64,000 bases of DNA from an uncultured Bacillales bacterium (GCA_946403545.1 CAMJAG010000001.1:872-64871), one strand, 5' to 3'. Numbered from the stretch's first letter, positions 50,438 to 60,240 are shown. A program made the numbers and translations. The notes: generated by a model from the sequence alone, not told the origin.

Positions 50438-53284
50438 TTATCCCTTCAAATCTCTAATAAATTTCTCAACATGTTTAATCCATGTTAATACTGATTCATT
50501 TTGTAAGTATTCGTATTTTCTTGTTACTTTTTGTGCTTCGCAAATCAAATTATATAAAGCTTGTGCTTCAGTTAATTCGATTGGAATATTTAGTTTTTCC
50601 GCAATTTCAATTGCTTCAGAACAAGGAGCTTCCGCTTTTGCAAGTAAGGAAGTATCTCCATTATAGTTTACTAAATAGTAAAGAGAAGTTAAGAAATAGA
50701 TTTGACCTTGGTCATATAAATCTTTATTCTCTTTAGCACATTTCATTGCTTCTTCTTTTAATTCCATGATCCTTGCTTCATTGCCACGATTAACAATTTC
50801 ATAGAACATAGATGTATATAAGAATCTTGTGTAATATCTATCATGTTGGTTATATAAGACATAGATTGCTTCCGCTTTATTAAGTTTATCTTTAGCTTTA
50901 GCTAAATCCATATGCCATATACATGCATCAGCGTATACACGATAGTCTTCCGCTAAGAAGAGGTGATCTCCAATTTGAGTGCCATCTTCCATTTCTTCTT
51001 TAACTCTTTTATCAAGAAGCGCGACAGCATTATCTGCTGCTTTATAGCAGTTTTCTAAATCAAGCCTTCTACAATAAACTTTTGATAAAGTTAAGTTAAT
51101 CAAAGATTCTTCGTATAAATCGCCTGCTTCTTTAGCGTCTTTGATCGCACCATCACTCATTCCTATGAGTTCGTCGAATAGCACCATCTTGCGATAAACA
51201 AGCATTGCCATTCTTTCAAATTCACTACGAATTTCTATGTCTAATTCGCCTAAATCATGTTCTTTGATGAATTCTTTAATGTCATTAAATGCTTCAGTAA
51301 ATGATAAGGAAATATAGTGGAATTGAATAACTCCCATATCATAGTTCACATCATCACTTGGATCTCTATTCTTTAAGAACTTACCAAATCCTGCTTCTTT
51401 AAGTTTGATAAATAAGCCAGCGTTATAGATTGCTTGTCTATATTTGATAAAGATTTTTGTAAAACATTCAGACTGATAGATTTCAAACGCTTCATAATCA
51501 TCATCCTTATAGATGTAATTGATGTTATCAATGTATTCAAATAATCCTTCATAAAGAGTGTAAAGTTTTGATTTAATACACACTCTTAAAAAGTCAAAAT
51601 TCTTTAATAGTTTACAAAGTTTTTCTGTCTTTTTAAGTGCTTTTAAGGCTTTTTGATAGTCTAAGATGACATAAGGATTGTTCTTCCATTCACCTAATTC
51701 AATTTGCTTTTCAATATATTCAAGCAAGATCTTATAACCATCTCTTCTAGAGACACAATATTTTGCAGGACATTCGTTAGATTCACTTAACCAGTCTAAA
51801 ATTGATTTATGTCTACTCTTAAGAGTGCCATCTTCAATAATTACAAAGTAATTAGATACTATATCGATATTCTTTCTAATTTCAGATTCTGATAGACCTG
51901 TTGCATCCGCTAAAAACTCCACTGTTGGAGGAACGCTTGTAGCGAGTAATAAAGATATAATCTTTCTAATATCTTCATAATCATCTGGTGCTTTAGGGAA
52001 AATTCTATCAAACCAGATTAAGTAGTATGAATAAATTCCGTCAGGGAATTCTCTAACGTTATCTAAAGAGTATTCACCACTCTTAATTAGACTAACAATA
52101 CTCTTAGCATATAAGAATGATCCATGTGTTTTTCCAAGCAAAATCCTCAGTGTTTCTGCATCGAATTTATAATTTGAGAGTGCTTGGTCATAATACTTTT
52201 TAATATCCGCAACGTTTTCTTCATTGTTTTCTAACATGCTGAAAACGTGACAACTTGAGAAGTAACTAACAACATTCTTTTGAGGTCTAGTTGAACATAA
52301 AATCTTTAACCAAGAAGGTAAAGTGTTTTGATAAGTCACTATCATCTCAGCAATTTCATTTTTATTATCCAAAACTGCTTCATCTAATGCATCGATAACA
52401 ATTATTTGAGGGTTCTTAAAAGTAACTTTGTTACCTACTTCAATAAAGAACAACTCAAATAATCTTTTAGCGTCTAAATTATCTATATTTGCTTCTCTAG
52501 TTAAAATCTTTTTAATTTCGAGATTATAATCTTCGTTACGACCAGCGATTTGTGCTGCTAAGTTTTTAATAATACTTCTAGCGTCAGTCTTAGTTCTATT
52601 ACCAAAGCTACAGAAATGGATACCTGCAACATTGTTATGGAAATTAATAGTTAACATAGCGCACATTGCAGTCTTTCCAATACCTGGAGCAGCTTGTAAT
52701 AAATAGATTGGTAAACTATCTGGTTTATTAATCCATTTTTCTACATCCGCGAAGAAAGAATCTCTACCAACAAAGTTGAGTGTATGATGAGTAATTTCAA
52801 AAGCGTCAATAGCTTGGACTTCTTTAGAAATATCAAAACCAGTATCGAAGTAGCCTACTTCTTCTTCGTTTCTAACGATCTTTAGTAATCTTTGATAGCA
52901 ACTTTCGTATACATCTTCAATGATTGAATTATCCGCTGCGACAGCGTTTTTAATCATGATTCTTTGTAAACGAACAATTGAAAGAGGAACATAAGAGTCA
53001 TCTAACATGATAGGAACAATTGTTTTCTTATATTCCACTGCTCTAGCGAGTTCATTTAAACAATATCCGTCTAGAGAAACAGACTTTTTAGATACAAAGA
53101 AAACAAAATGACTACATCTTTGAATCGCGTTATCAATTTTAGTTTCCCAATCACCTTGATATAGATAGTCCTTATCAAGGAAGACTTCATAAACTTCTTC
53201 TTTGCGTAAATCAGTAACAACTTTATTGACTACGTTTTCTAAAGTTTGATGTCCATAGGATATGAAAATAACTTGTTTATCCAT
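50438..53284 (-). CDS. TIR - STAND P-loop NTPase - TPR-like repeat protein (Avs/bNACHT-like architecture)
   Basis: TIR (VIFISYGHQ...GYCLNELA). Walker A APGIGKTA. Walker B IIVIDALDEA. The C-terminal roughly 400 aa is a helical repeat region. Confidence 0.75.
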   Translation of the reverse strand: MDKQVIFISYGHQTLENVVNKVVTDLRKEEVYEVFLDKDYLYQGDWETKIDNAIQRCSHFVFFVSKKSVSLDGYCLNELARAVEYKKTIVPIMLDDSYVPLSIVRLQRIMIKNAVAADNSIIEDVYESCYQRLLKIVRNEEEVGYFDTGFDISKEVQAIDAFEITHHTLNFVGRDSFFADVEKWINKPDSLPIYLLQAAPGIGKTAMCAMLTINFHNNVAGIHFCSFGNRTKTDARSIIKNLAAQIAGRNEDYNLEIKKILTREANIDNLDAKRLFELFFIEVGNKVTFKNPQIIVIDALDEAVLDNKNEIAEMIVTYQNTLPSWLKILCSTRPQKNVVSYFSSCHVFSMLENNEENVADIKKYYDQALSNYKFDAETLRILLGKTHGSFLYAKSIVSLIKSGEYSLDNVREFPDGIYSYYLIWFDRIFPKAPDDYEDIRKIISLLLATSVPPTVEFLADATGLSESEIRKNIDIVSNYFVIIEDGTLKSRHKSILDWLSESNECPAKYCVSRRDGYKILLEYIEKQIELGEWKNNPYVILDYQKALKALKKTEKLCKLLKNFDFLRVCIKSKLYTLYEGLFEYIDNINYIYKDDDYEAFEIYQSECFTKIFIKYRQAIYNAGLFIKLKEAGFGKFLKNRDPSDDVNYDMGVIQFHYISLSFTEAFNDIKEFIKEHDLGELDIEIRSEFERMAMLVYRKMVLFDELIGMSDGAIKDAKEAGDLYEESLINLTLSKVYCRRLDLENCYKAADNAVALLDKRVKEEMEDGTQIGDHLFLAEDYRVYADACIWHMDLAKAKDKLNKAEAIYVLYNQHDRYYTRFLYTSMFYEIVNRGNEARIMELKEEAMKCAKENKDLYDQGQIYFLTSLYYLVNYNGDTSLLAKAEAPCSEAIEIAEKLNIPIELTEAQALYNLICEAQKVTRKYEYLQNESVLTWIKHVEKFIRDLKG

Positions 53285-53966
53285 GTACTTTTTCCTCTAA
53301 AGCAATGTTATAACCCGCTTTCTTGCCTTCATTTAATGTTTCTTCATTTGCTAAATGCATAAGAGTAATTTTCTTTCTCTCTTCCATATTGAAGGCGTTA
53401 TTTAATACTGAAATATGAGTATGTATCATCGCATTAAGAGAAGTTGTAACTTCATGATACATTTCATCTATTTTTCCTGATTTAAGTTCTCTAACTGCTC
53501 TATCAAGTAGTTCAGATGTATCTCCTGAATAGTAGAAATTAATTTCTTTAGAATATACAAAATATGCATAACTACCAGGAATATGTGGAACTTCAACAGG
53601 TTCCACTTTTAAATCTTTGATTAAAGAGTAGTCATTATATATTTCAAAATCAAAATCTAAACCAGTTAATTGGAGTAGTTTTTTAAGATTATCTTTTAAA
53701 GGATAGAAGACTTTTACCGTCTTTTTTGAGAAGAAATGAATCCAATATAAGAATGGTTCAAGGCTTCCAATATGATCACTATGAAGATGGGTAATTAAAA
53801 CAACAATTTCATCAACATCATCTAAAAGATGAAGTGCTAAAATCTTGTCACAAATTTTCTCGCCCATATCAAAAATATACAATTTGCCATTTTGTTTAAA
53901 ATAAGCACAATTGTTATTTGTGAAATAGTTAAAAGCGGCTCCTACACCTAAAAATTTTAAATACAT
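53277..53966 (-). CDS. metallo-beta-lactamase-fold hydrolase
   Basis: HxHxDH motif as ITHLHSDHIG. Overlaps the TIR-STAND start by 8 nt. Confidence 0.75.
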   Translation of the reverse strand: MYLKFLGVGAAFNYFTNNNCAYFKQNGKLYIFDMGEKICDKILALHLLDDVDEIVVLITHLHSDHIGSLEPFLYWIHFFSKKTVKVFYPLKDNLKKLLQLTGLDFDFEIYNDYSLIKDLKVEPVEVPHIPGSYAYFVYSKEINFYYSGDTSELLDRAVRELKSGKIDEMYHEVTTSLNAMIHTHISVLNNAFNMEERKKITLMHLANEETLNEGKKAGYNIALEEKVHG

Positions 53967-53968
53967 AA

Positions 53969-54226
53969 TTATTTAATTATCTTATAGCCTTCTTTAAGAA
54001 TACATTTAATCGTAGCAAGAGCGGTATTCCTATCATATTCTTTTTCTTCTTCAGGAAGTTCATCATAAGGCACTAAACAAGGAGTTTGTTTTTTAGTGTC
54101 ATTTCTTTCTGGACCATAGGTCCATCCATCTTTGATTCTTCCTTCCATCCAAGTTATATGGACTTGTTCCGCTATTATTTCGATAAGTTGTTTTATATCT
54201 TCAGTGATAACAATATCTTTTTCCAT
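53969..54226 (-). CDS. stand-alone RyR (ryanodine-receptor repeat) domain protein
   Basis: AEQVHITWMEGRIKDGWTYGPERNDTKKQTPCLVPYDELPEEEKEYDR closely follows the bacterial RyR-domain consensus. Confidence 0.7.
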   Translation of the reverse strand: MEKDIVITEDIKQLIEIIAEQVHITWMEGRIKDGWTYGPERNDTKKQTPCLVPYDELPEEEKEYDRNTALATIKCILKEGYKIIK

Positions 54227-54228
54227 AA

Positions 54229-54666
54229 TTATTCGTCTTCTAGTATTTTTTGAAATAAGCTGTATTCATCTCTAGTTATTGTATCATCACTAGCAGTTAG
54301 AGCGATACCATATAAAACAACAGCAGTTTTAGTATCTTCATCAAATTCTTCTTTGATATTATTTACCATTGCTTTAACAAAAGCTTCTTTATCTCCAAAT
54401 TGAGTAGCATGGAAGAATTCTCTATAAGAAACATCTAATCCTGTTGCTTCTTTAAAGAATCCATATTCCTTAACAGCGCAATCTTTATCAGCAGAAACGT
54501 ACATTCTAGTTAAGTTAATAACAATATTAGCGATTCTATCTTTGTGATAATCTTGTTTTCTAAGATTACGATAAAGTCTTTCTAAAGCTTGTCTACCTAA
54601 CTTTGCTCTTTCAGCATCTTCTAAATTAACAACTTCATGCATGACTCGTTCTACTTCTTTATTCAT
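54229..54666 (-). CDS. TerB-like domain protein (paralog 2)
   Basis: Two half-motifs, YVSADKDCAVKEYGFF and LTASDDTITRDEYSLF, resemble TerB. Confidence 0.5.
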   Translation of the reverse strand: MNKEVERVMHEVVNLEDAERAKLGRQALERLYRNLRKQDYHKDRIANIVINLTRMYVSADKDCAVKEYGFFKEATGLDVSYREFFHATQFGDKEAFVKAMVNNIKEEFDEDTKTAVVLYGIALTASDDTITRDEYSLFQKILEDE

Positions 54667-54681
54667 AATATGTTCTTCCTA

Positions 54682-54903
54682 TTATTTTTTACTTTTTAGA
54701 TTACAAGCATTTGGGAAATTAATTTCCCACGCTGCTGCTCTTGCTATTTGAAGTAATTTATATTTCTTATCTTCATCAGTTATCTCTTTGATAACTTCTT
54801 TAGTATTTGGATTTAACAAAAATATTTTGGATTCTTTAACTCCAAATACTGAATCTCTTACTTCGTATAAGTGTCTTCCGTTACGAAATTGAAATGGTTT
54901 CAT
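54682..54903 (-). CDS. hypothetical small protein
   Basis: 73 aa. Its start overlaps the upstream stop (TAATG). Confidence 0.45.
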   Translation of the reverse strand: MKPFQFRNGRHLYEVRDSVFGVKESKIFLLNPNTKEVIKEITDEDKKYKLLQIARAAAWEINFPNACNLKSKK

Positions 54904-55331
54904 TATGCAAGCAATTTGTCGATTAAATCTTGTTCTGCAACTGTTAATGTGTGGTCACTTGCTAAGAAAGTAACTGCAAATAAGACCATACTTGTTCTTG
55001 TTTTGTTATCTGCTTTTTTCATTAAGTTAGCAAATTCATTAACATAATCATCATCTAAGCCACCATTGGTCATGTCATAGAATGTATCTGTATCCATATC
55101 AATACCAGTGACTGCTCTAAAGAAAGAATATTCTGCTCCACTACATTTGCCATCAGCAGAAACTAAAATTCTAACTAAGTGAATAATTAAGTTAGTAATT
55201 TCATCCTTATTACAACCGAGTTCTTTTAAACCTCCGATAAAGTCGTTTAAAGCATGTGCAGCAATATTAACTTTTTCTTGTGGTTCTTCGTTTAAAATGT
55301 TTTGGCACATTTTTCTTAATTCAGCATCCAT
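54903..55331 (-). CDS. TerB-like domain protein (paralog 1)
   Basis: LVSADGKCSGAEYSFF and FLASDHTLTVAEQDLI. I prefer the ATG at 55331 (MDAELRK), which lies 7 nt after GGGAGGA. The ORF-track start is 55349. Confidence 0.5.
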   Translation of the reverse strand: MDAELRKMCQNILNEEPQEKVNIAAHALNDFIGGLKELGCNKDEITNLIIHLVRILVSADGKCSGAEYSFFRAVTGIDMDTDTFYDMTNGGLDDDYVNEFANLMKKADNKTRTSMVLFAVTFLASDHTLTVAEQDLIDKLLA

Positions 55332-55427
55332 ATGAAATCCTCCCATCATTAATGAAAGACTTCAAACATATAGTTTTTGTCCATTCAATTACATATAAAT
55401 ATCTGTCTAAATTTATTTTATCATTTT

Positions 55428-55463
55428 TAAAGAACAAAAAGAACACGTTTTTAACGTGCTCTT
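55428..55463 (-). terminator. intrinsic terminator after cysK
   Basis: On the minus strand AAGAGCACG pairs with CGTGTTCTT (plus-strand arms 55439-55447 and 55455-55463, one G-U pair), followed by TTTGTTCTTT. Confidence 0.55.
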
Positions 55464-55513
55464 GTGGTGGGTTTATAGTCTCTAAATAGCCAGGGGGACT
55501 ACTTATTGCTTAA

Positions 55514-56443
55514 TTAATCTTGAAACATTGCAGTAGATAAGTATCTTTCACCAGTATCTGGGAATAAAACAACGATAGTTTTACCTGCATTTTCTTCTCT
55601 TTGCGCTAATGTGATAGCAGCTTTTAAAGCTGCACCTGAAGAAATACCAATTAATAATCCTTCTACTCTAGCGGATTCTCTACCCATTTCAAATGCATCT
55701 TCATTTGCGATAGGAAGGATTTCATCATAGATCTTTGTATCTAATGTATCAGGTACGAAACCTGCTCCGATACCTTGGATCTTATGAGGACCTGGAGTAC
55801 CTTTGGAAAGAACTGGAGAAGTTTCTGGTTCAACCGCTACTACTTTGATAGAAGGTTTCTTTTCTTTTAAGTATTTACCTGTACCTGAAATAGTGCCACC
55901 GGTACCAACACCTGCAACAAAATAATCTAAATTACCTTCTAAATCATTAAAGATTTCTGGTCCTGTTGTTAAGTAGTGAGCTTTAGGATTAGCAAAGTTA
56001 GTGAATTGAGAAGGAATAAAAGCATTAGGAATTTCTTTTGCTAATTCTTCTGCTTTTGCAATAGCACCTTTCATACCTTTGCTACCTTCAGTTAACACTA
56101 ATTCAGCGCCATAAGCTTTTAATAAGTTTCTTCTTTCAATAGACATTGTTTCTGGCATTGTAAGAATAATCTTCATACCAAATGATGCTGCAACCATGCT
56201 TAATCCAATACCAGTATTACCACTTGTAGGTTCTACTAATACTGTATCTTTATTAATTAATCCTTTATCAAAAGCATCTAAAATCATTGCTCTAGCAATT
56301 CTATCTTTAACACTACCTGCAGGGTTAAAAGATTCAACTTTTGCAATGATTTTTGCTTTTAAATTGTACTTTTTCTCAATGTTTTTAAGTTCCACTAATG
56401 GAGTGTTTCCAATTGTGTCCACTATTCTTTCATAGACTTTCAT
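55514..56443 (-). CDS. cysK: cysteine synthase A (O-acetylserine sulfhydrylase)
   Basis: 309 aa. PLP lysine in NPAGSVKDR. Also TSGNTGIGL and GTGGTISG. Confidence 0.9.
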   Translation of the reverse strand: MKVYERIVDTIGNTPLVELKNIEKKYNLKAKIIAKVESFNPAGSVKDRIARAMILDAFDKGLINKDTVLVEPTSGNTGIGLSMVAASFGMKIILTMPETMSIERRNLLKAYGAELVLTEGSKGMKGAIAKAEELAKEIPNAFIPSQFTNFANPKAHYLTTGPEIFNDLEGNLDYFVAGVGTGGTISGTGKYLKEKKPSIKVVAVEPETSPVLSKGTPGPHKIQGIGAGFVPDTLDTKIYDEILPIANEDAFEMGRESARVEGLLIGISSGAALKAAITLAQREENAGKTIVVLFPDTGERYLSTAMFQD

Positions 56444-56532
56444 AATTCTACCTCGTTTTTACTAATCCTATATGTTTAATAGGTTTACAATATAATAGCA
56501 CTGTGTTATACTTATGTCAACGAGGATGAATT

Positions 56533-56940
56533 ATGAAATTATCAAGTAAAAGTATTACCGCAATTAAAATGTTTATAGATCTAGGAGAACATTATGAAGA
56601 AGGATATATCTCACTTGTGGATATATCTAATAGAAAAGAAATATCTAAAAAGTTCCTAGAACAAATAGTGCCTTTATATAAAAAAGCAAAATTATTAGAT
56701 TGTAATAGAGGAAATAAAGGTGGATATAGGTTAGCAAAACCTGCTATTAAAATTACATTAAAAGATATCCTTTATATCTCTGAAACTAATCTTATTAATG
56801 ATGAGAAAGATAAATCTATTGTTATAAACAATATCATTGAAGGATTAGATACCACTATTGATAACTATCTAAGCTCAATCACTCTTGAATCATTAGTGGA
56901 TCAACAAAAAGAAAGCTACACTACTGATTATTTTATTTAA
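56533..56940 (+). CDS. Rrf2-family transcriptional regulator (CymR-like, divergent from cysK)
   Basis: N-terminal winged helix with the MKLSSKSITAIKMFIDL... pattern. SD GAGGA. Confidence 0.7.
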   Translation: MKLSSKSITAIKMFIDLGEHYEEGYISLVDISNRKEISKKFLEQIVPLYKKAKLLDCNRGNKGGYRLAKPAIKITLKDILYISETNLINDEKDKSIVINNIIEGLDTTIDNYLSSITLESLVDQQKESYTTDYFI

Positions 56941-57011
56941 TAAATTTTATTTTTATTAATTTAAATGTTCCTTTATAATCTATAAATAAATAGGTTAGGA
57001 GGAACTTTTTT

Positions 57012-59132
57012 ATGAAGACTAAACATTTATCAATTTTAGGAATATTACTAATTACTTTATCAATTGGAGCATGTAACAAAACTCCATCAAATAGCAATGT
57101 TAGTAGCAGTGATACACCTGTATCTTCATTTGAAAGTACTCATAATGTTTCCTCTGATAATCCTGGAGGAGGCACTCCTAAAAGAAAATATGGTAAATAC
57201 ACTATTAAAGATGAAGTAGAAGATATTAGTGATTTACAAGGTTCTCCTTGGTTAAATACTTCTATTGAAGGAATAATGAACAAGATTGAACAACCATCTA
57301 TTAAAGATGATTTCTTTGCTAATGTTAACTATGACTATTTAAGTCAATATACTCTTCCACAAGGAACTAAGGTTCATGGAGGTAAACTCTATGAATCTAG
57401 TGATTTAGTGGATCAAAGAAAAGTAAATATGCACTTCGATGATAATGATCCTCGCCTTAATACATTGTTTGGGATAATTTCATCAGGGGATTTAGATGCT
57501 GTTAGTGCTGGTTTGAATAGCATCATGAATATGTCTCATGAAGATCTTCTTAAAGCTTTTAGTAACGACTACTTATTTAAAGGTTTGCATAAATTAGCTA
57601 CAATTTATCGTTATCCCGGTGATCAATATCCATTAATTGATATTCAATTTTTAAGCAGTTATCTAACTCTCCCATATCTTGCATATCTAAATTTATATGG
57701 ACAACAAAGGGATTTTTATGGCGCTATTGATGGAATGCAACTATTTATGACAGGTGGACTTATGCTTTATCCTAGAAGAGACTATTTTGATGATTTAAAA
57801 GCTGCCATCGCATCATCTGTTAATGTAAGTTGGCAACCTACATTATATGAAGTTAAGGGTCTTCCAAAACTCTATACAAATCTTCTAGATTTAACAAGCA
57901 CACTCAAAAGTTTGGGTTTTAAAGATGATGATTACATTTATTGCACAGATGGAATTTTAGCATTCTTAAACGAGTTCTGTTCTGGTGTACTTCATGATCC
58001 TGATAAATTAAGAGGATATCTTTTAGATACATACACTCTAAATAATATGTATTTCCTTGGAGCGATTACCCTATATAGTTGGATTGAAGATCCTGAATGT
58101 GCCAATTATGCTCCATTCATTTTTGAAAGTATGAAAAAAGAAGGAATGGATTTTCAAGACTTAACTTATGCAATTATCGAAGAGTTATTTCCTGAAATAG
58201 TTAATAGAACATATATTGATAAATATGTCACCGCTTCTAGTAAAACAAGAGTCACTAACATTGTAGAAGATGTAATATCCACTTATAGTGAGATGTTAAA
58301 TAATTGTGATTGGATCTCCTCTCAAACAAAACAAAGAGCAGTTCAAAAAATCAATGAGATGACCTATACCGTTTTTTATAATGATGAAGAATTAGAAGTC
58401 GCTCCAATCGAATTTGAAAATATCGAAAATCTTTCAATCATGGATGCTTATAGTCAATATCAAACTTATTTCATGGATGGAATCATCGCTGGTGCGTTCA
58501 CTAACAGTGAGATATTCCAACAATTTAGACCATACACAGTTAACGCTGTTTATCAAAACGCGAATAATAGTTTCTATATTTGCCATGGAATTTTCTCTTC
58601 ATTCATAGACGAACCAAATTTAACAGATGAAGAGTTATATGGCTCTGTTGGTTTTGTTATTGGACATGAAATCTCTCATGCTTTCGATAATACAGGTAGT
58701 CAATATTGGCAAGGTAAATATCTCAACTGGTGGACAGATGAAGACAGAACTACTTTCAATACTAAAGTCGAAAACCTCATTAGCTACATAAATACAAACG
58801 TTAGAACATTAAAAGATGCTACTATTCATGGGGAAAATCTTGCTGGTGAAGTTATCGCAGATATGGGTAGTATGAGAGTATTACTTAAAATGATTGAATC
58901 AAAAGATGCAAGTTTTGATATGGATAAATTCTTTAAAGCGTATGCAAGATGGTGGTCTGTTATTTACTCTAACGAAGAAGCTCATAGACGTAATGAAATT
59001 GATGTTCACGCTGCTAGCTTTATTAGAGTTAACTTAACATTAGCGCAATTCGATGAATTCAAAACCTTCTACAACATTACTGGTAGAGATAATATGTATA
59101 TCGATGAAGAAGATGTTATCGCTATTTGGTAA
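57012..59132 (+). CDS. pepO: M13-family zinc metalloendopeptidase lipoprotein (PepO-like)
   Basis: Lipobox IGAC. Zinc motif VIGHEISHAF. Also GENLAGEVIADMG. Confidence 0.8.
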   Translation: MKTKHLSILGILLITLSIGACNKTPSNSNVSSSDTPVSSFESTHNVSSDNPGGGTPKRKYGKYTIKDEVEDISDLQGSPWLNTSIEGIMNKIEQPSIKDDFFANVNYDYLSQYTLPQGTKVHGGKLYESSDLVDQRKVNMHFDDNDPRLNTLFGIISSGDLDAVSAGLNSIMNMSHEDLLKAFSNDYLFKGLHKLATIYRYPGDQYPLIDIQFLSSYLTLPYLAYLNLYGQQRDFYGAIDGMQLFMTGGLMLYPRRDYFDDLKAAIASSVNVSWQPTLYEVKGLPKLYTNLLDLTSTLKSLGFKDDDYIYCTDGILAFLNEFCSGVLHDPDKLRGYLLDTYTLNNMYFLGAITLYSWIEDPECANYAPFIFESMKKEGMDFQDLTYAIIEELFPEIVNRTYIDKYVTASSKTRVTNIVEDVISTYSEMLNNCDWISSQTKQRAVQKINEMTYTVFYNDEELEVAPIEFENIENLSIMDAYSQYQTYFMDGIIAGAFTNSEIFQQFRPYTVNAVYQNANNSFYICHGIFSSFIDEPNLTDEELYGSVGFVIGHEISHAFDNTGSQYWQGKYLNWWTDEDRTTFNTKVENLISYINTNVRTLKDATIHGENLAGEVIADMGSMRVLLKMIESKDASFDMDKFFKAYARWWSVIYSNEEAHRRNEIDVHAASFIRVNLTLAQFDEFKTFYNITGRDNMYIDEEDVIAIW

Positions 59133-59140
59133 TTCTATTC

Positions 59141-59176
59141 TTGATAATTACTTCATTTCATCGTTATAATTTTGTC
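59141..59176 (+). promoter_or_regulatory. candidate promoter giving a leaderless mRNA for the next lipoprotein gene
   Basis: TTGATA (59141-59146), then 18 nt, then TATAAT (59165-59170), then 6 nt, then the ATG at 59177. No SD. Confidence 0.45.
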
Positions 59177-59794
59177 ATGAAAAACAAACTATTTATAATT
59201 CCACTATTATCATTAGTGACCTTAACTGCTTGTGGTGACACCATGAGTTTTAAACCTAAAATGCCAAAGTATTACTATGGTGTTTTAGAAGTTCTGAACA
59301 GTAGAAGCGAAACAACTACTTATTATTCCGTTAGTAGCCCTATCACTCCTATTGACGGCAAAGAATACGATGCAGTTTATACATGCTGTGTTAATGTTAA
59401 AAATGTTGGAACTCAACTAGAAAGCAGAACAAAAACAGAAGCTCTTTATGTTTGGTCAAAACAATCAAAAGCGTATAGAAGTTATTATTACGATTATTCA
59501 GTTGCGACATGGAAATATTCAGTAGACGTAGATTCAATTGATGATGAATTTGTGACCCAAGCTCTTAGAAGCAAAAAATTCCATCCAAAGAAAAGCGATG
59601 TAACCACATCTAAGGATTATTATGAATTCGTTGAAGATGTAGATGGAGTATCAACATCTATAAGAGTTTCTAAAGATCAATACCATTTATGTATGTATGA
59701 AGCAACGACCGGATACAATTCTCCTAAAGTATTATCTATTGACTATTCTGGAGACTTCTACGGAATTCCATATACTGATTACATGGAGATTTAA
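59177..59794 (+). CDS. lipoprotein, function unknown
   Basis: The ORF track starts at 59126. The ATG at 59177 gives MKNKLFIIPLLSLVTLTAC with a lipobox. Confidence 0.6.
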   Translation: MKNKLFIIPLLSLVTLTACGDTMSFKPKMPKYYYGVLEVLNSRSETTTYYSVSSPITPIDGKEYDAVYTCCVNVKNVGTQLESRTKTEALYVWSKQSKAYRSYYYDYSVATWKYSVDVDSIDDEFVTQALRSKKFHPKKSDVTTSKDYYEFVEDVDGVSTSIRVSKDQYHLCMYEATTGYNSPKVLSIDYSGDFYGIPYTDYMEI

Positions 59795-59795
59795 A

Positions 59796-59826
59796 AAAAT
59801 AACCACTGATAAATCAGTGGTTTTTA
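59796..59826. terminator. bidirectional terminator
   Basis: ACCACTGA (59802-59809) pairs with TCAGTGGT (59814-59821), flanked by an A-run and a T-run. Confidence 0.65.
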
Positions 59827-60240
59827 TTATGCATTTTCTACGTGTTTAAGTAATATTTCATCTAAATCAGGGAACGCTGTTTTAGGAATGATAATATGTC
59901 CTTTATCAGAAACGAAACAATGTTCGCTTTCACCAGTTAACACTACTTGATTATCTTTATTTTTCATCGTGTAGTTAAATATCAGTTTAATACCCGTAAA
60001 TTCTTTGATAGATACTTCGATAGATATCTCTTCACCAAAGTATGTTGGTTTTCTATATCTAACGTTGACTCCTATGACAGGAGAGATAACCCCTCTCTTC
60101 TCTAAGGTTGAATAATCTAATCCGATGCTCTCTAAAAAACTGATACGAGATTCTTCCATCCATCTAATATAGTTAGAGTGATGCACTATTCCCATTTTAT
60201 CAGTTTCGTAGTATTGAACTTTGTGATTATATAAATGCAT
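59827..60240 (-). CDS. acyl-CoA thioesterase, hotdog fold (YbgC/4HBT-like)
   Basis: VQYYETDKMGIVHHSNYIRWMEESR is typical of this family. Confidence 0.75.
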   Translation of the reverse strand: MHLYNHKVQYYETDKMGIVHHSNYIRWMEESRISFLESIGLDYSTLEKRGVISPVIGVNVRYRKPTYFGEEISIEVSIKEFTGIKLIFNYTMKNKDNQVVLTGESEHCFVSDKGHIIIPKTAFPDLDEILLKHVENA

